Source of the DNA: an uncultured bacterium
GTDB lineage: Bacteria > Babelota > Babeliae > Babelales > Babelaceae
Length of the DNA stretch: 64,000 nt
Direction: 5' to 3'
Assembly (NCBI GenBank): GCA_963824495.1
Contig: CAWGPQ010000017.1
Span: 32,001 to 96,000 of the forward strand
The notes below the pieces were generated by a model, which saw only the letters and a program-made list of their open reading frames with translations, searched no databases and was not told the origin of the DNA. The position numbers and the translations under genes are program-made. Below are positions 61,332 to 64,000 of this stretch, one piece after another (the first letter of the stretch is position 1; each line of letters begins with the position of its first letter).

Positions 61332-61366
61332 CTTGGCCGTCGTAGCCTTTGGCGAAGTCGGCTTGG
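61332..61366. repeat. Miniature palindromic insert in tnpB, copy C, in frame, flanked by CTTGG direct repeats
   Basis: cttgg-ccgtcgtagcctttggcgaagtcgg-cttgg. Confidence 0.7.
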
Positions 61367-62014
61367 TTCGAGCATAAGCACGTTGAGATAGAGCTAATTT
61401 ATTTAAACTACTTTTAAGGAAAGCAGGATTTTCAATAACGTCACCGGTAGACATAACGGCAAAGCGATTAATACCCAAATCTATACCAACAGCGTTATGT
61501 GCAGAGATAGCTACAGGCTGTATGTCAGACATAACACTACAAGCAAGATGAATGTGCCAATGCTTGCCATCTCTTTTTATCGTGGCCTGTTTAATGTTTC
61601 CCTCAACAGGGCGAGAGTTTCTATAGCGTATCCATCCTATTTTGGGCAAATAGACTTTATCGTTAGCACATTCAATATATTGAGGATATCTGAAAGAATC
61701 TTTAATGCCCTTCTTTTAAAACGAGGAAAGCCAAATTTATTCTTTGCCTTACGTGCTTTAAAAAAGCTCTTAATTCCTCGCTCTAGATCTTTAAGAGAGT
61801 GCTGTAATACTTGAGAATGAGGTTCAGCAAGCCAAAAGGTATCGTCCAGCCTTCTTAAAAAGAGTGAGCTCACGAGCAAGATCAGTATAAAATGGTACGC
61901 TGAGCATGTAAAGCTTCTTTAATACAAGCATTGACGCAAAATATATTTTAGGGCAGTCTAGGCGTTGCTAACCAAGGGCAAACTCTACACCGTTACACAC
62001 CAGTCGAGGAAACC

Positions 62015-63397
62015 ATGAACAGGTTACACATACCGGCTATTCTGGCTTGGATTAGCCTATGTACTGTAGCAACTACTTATAGCGGGAGCTTTAAAGAACG
62101 AGAACTACTTCGGGACATGCATATAAACGTTAGTGCAGCTGATGACTGGATAGATAAACTGAATGCTCGAGGAGCTCTTGCTCAGCCTCGCGATGCATCA
62201 GTATTACCCACGCCATATCGCATGATCCCTTTGTTTAAGCAGTATCCCGAGCTGCAGAAAAATCTCCCCTATATTTCTCTAGGAGATCTGCCAACTCCCA
62301 TTCACAGGCTTGAAAAGCTTAGTGCGCTTGTTGGCGCACCACATCTTTATATCAAGCGTGATGACGTAAGTGGTGCAAAAAGCTTTGATACCGGTCATAT
62401 ATACGGCGGCAACAAAGTTCGCAAGCTTGAGTTTCTTTTGGCTGAAGCTCTCGCTCATGGAGCACAAACAGTTATAACGTTTGGTGCAGCCGGATCAAAT
62501 CATGCGCTAGCTACCTCAATATACGCTCAGCAACTTGGCCTTAAGGCCATATGTATGCTTATGCCTCAAGCATGTTCTTACGGTGTGCGCAATAACTTAC
62601 TTATGCATGTGAAACACAACACACAGCTCGAGCATTATCTTGACGGCAACATGCGTAAAATCGGAACCATATGCGCTTGGTTACATGAATATCATGAGCA
62701 TGGTAGCTTTCCCTATATTATACCAACAGGAGGCTCATCAGCTTTGGGTGCCGTTGGATTTGTAAATGCTGCTTTTGAATTAAAAGAACAAATTACGGCA
62801 GGTGGGCTACCTGAGCCTGATCTTATCTATGTCCCTTGCGGCAGTATGGGAACAGCAGCTGGTTTAGTTCTAGGTTGCAAAGCGGCAGGTCTATCCTCAC
62901 GTATAGTTGCCATTCTCGTCGAGCCTGTACATGAAGATCAATGTATAAAGAAATTTAAGAAGCTTTTTGATGCCACCGTTGAGCTCTTGCGAACGTTAGA
63001 TGCATCGTTTCCAGCGTACACGCTGCTGTATGATGATATTATTTTTAATTATAATTTTTATGGTCCTCGCTATGCTGTATTTACGCCAGAGGGTATGCAG
63101 GCTCGTGCATTGGTCAAAGAAACAGAAAATATTACGCTGGATGGTACGTATACAGCAAAAGCATGCGCTGCTCTACTTGACGATATACGCAAGGGTTCGA
63201 CAGCTCATAAAGTCGTTCTTTTTTGGGATACCTACTGTGGTATTGATTATTCACAGTACCTTACCCTCGTGAAGTACGATCAGCTGCCCTGGTGCTTTTA
63301 TGACTACTTTGAACATGAAGTTCAAGCGTTAGATCAGATGCTACCAGATTTGTCTGCCCAAGTTCAAAAAACTTCACAAGAAATTCTAAGTAGCTAA
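62015..63397 (+). CDS. D-cysteine desulfhydrase / ACC deaminase family PLP enzyme with N-terminal signal-like extension
   Basis: PTPI..L, IKRDD, GGNKVRKLEF, SNH, PTGG, GSMGT, LD.TYT.K. Confidence 0.88.
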   Translation: MNRLHIPAILAWISLCTVATTYSGSFKERELLRDMHINVSAADDWIDKLNARGALAQPRDASVLPTPYRMIPLFKQYPELQKNLPYISLGDLPTPIHRLEKLSALVGAPHLYIKRDDVSGAKSFDTGHIYGGNKVRKLEFLLAEALAHGAQTVITFGAAGSNHALATSIYAQQLGLKAICMLMPQACSYGVRNNLLMHVKHNTQLEHYLDGNMRKIGTICAWLHEYHEHGSFPYIIPTGGSSALGAVGFVNAAFELKEQITAGGLPEPDLIYVPCGSMGTAAGLVLGCKAAGLSSRIVAILVEPVHEDQCIKKFKKLFDATVELLRTLDASFPAYTLLYDDIIFNYNFYGPRYAVFTPEGMQARALVKETENITLDGTYTAKACAALLDDIRKGSTAHKVVLFWDTYCGIDYSQYLTLVKYDQLPWCFYDYFEHEVQALDQMLPDLSAQVQKTSQEILSS

Positions 63398-63503
63398 TTG
63401 CTTGACTGGGAGCTTATCTTTACAAAAATTAAGAATCGCGCTACGCTAAAAATCTGTCTAGTAACCTCTTTGTAGTTATTGTTCTTCTGTTTGCGGAGAC
63501 TCT

Positions 63504-64000
63504 ATGCTTATACATACCCTTTATTATGCACTTGCGGCTGTGTCACTCGTAGGATTAGTTGCCGTTTGGGTGCTCATGCAGCGCATCCGTTCATTACCTG
63601 TTGATAACGAACGAGCACAATATATAGCACATGCCATTAGAATCGGTGCTCGAGAATTTTTACATCAAGAATATCGCATTATCTTCTTGGTTGTAGGCGT
63701 TATTGTTCTGCTCTTAATTGTATTGGCAAAACCATTGGCTGCGGTATGTTTTTTAGCTGGTTCTATTTTGTCATTGGCAACGGGATTTGTTGGCATGAGC
63801 GCAGCTACGTATGCCAATGTCCGCACAACCATGGCGGCACAACATTTAGGTGAACATGCAGCATTTCTTGTAGCTTTTGCTGGTGGCGGCGTCATGGGCC
63901 TTACCGTGGCGAGCGTTGGCCTTCTTGGATTAAGTACGCTTGTCCTCCTTACGTATGGCCGACCTGACATGGTATTGTTGCTAACAAGCTTTGCAGTAGG
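63504..64000 (+). CDS. hppA: Membrane H+/Na+-translocating pyrophosphatase, 3'-truncated by window edge
   Basis: Hand translation: IA.AI..GA.EFL..EY, GFVGM..AT.ANVRT, AF.GG.VMGL. Confidence 0.9.
   Translation, partial: MLIHTLYYALAAVSLVGLVAVWVLMQRIRSLPVDNERAQYIAHAIRIGAREFLHQEYRIIFLVVGVIVLLLIVLAKPLAAVCFLAGSILSLATGFVGMSAATYANVRTTMAAQHLGEHAAFLVAFAGGGVMGLTVASVGLLGLSTLVLLTYGRPDMVLLLTSFAV

Larger units (their letters stand above)
60818..61895 (-). mobile_element. tnpB: Decayed IS200/IS605-family tnpB (fragmented, no tnpA)
   Basis: GFPRFK, LPKIG, GIDLG, DFLHK.S, VENL, SISDAGW...YK..WYG, CSAC/CKEC, DRD across several frames. Confidence 0.88.

Noticed and set aside
60818..61895. Active TnpB/Cas12-like RNA-guided system
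   Set aside because: Multiple frameshifts and stops, missing N-terminus, cut right after DRD, no tnpA, array or identifiable omega-RNA end
22..63970. Numerous short ORFs antisense to or nested in long genes (e.g. 22..315, 568..765, 30045..30479, 63665..63970)
   Set aside because: Shadow frames of well-supported genes, with no motifs
1..64000. CRISPR array, tRNA or rRNA genes
   Set aside because: No regularly spaced repeats or recognisable structural RNA found by eye; a covariance search was not possible

Overview
AT-rich, gene-dense bacterial chromosome segment using the standard code, with no rRNA, tRNA or CRISPR array seen. Gene content suggests an intracellular protist parasite such as Dependentiae/TM6 (Babelota); this is inference from the many signal-peptide ankyrin proteins, nutrient importers, split atp genes and type IV pilin/prepilin peptidase. 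Housekeeping genes appear intact: potABCD, gltX, an Omp85 protein, rpsU, rbfA, tsaC, tsaB, typA, truA, gpmI, rsmE, ruvX, murE, cfa, and a partial membrane pyrophosphatase. They are interleaved with accessory genes, many of them decaying. Most notable: (1) an F0 c subunit made of four fused hairpins with E/Q/E/D at the ion-binding position; (2) six secreted ankyrin proteins ending in an F-box-like LPxEIxxxIxxY/F motif; (3) tiny palindromic elements inserted three times into a dead tnpB, one nested and one in frame with a 5-bp target duplication; (4) several enzymes with eroded catalytic motifs (FolC-like with an AT-hook-like insert, Zwf, acylphosphatase); (5) a tandem family of small Cys-bracketed membrane proteins; (6) a BclA-collagen/GMC/BBE-oxidase/DNA-ligase island. 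All product calls come from motif recognition by eye; no searches were run.
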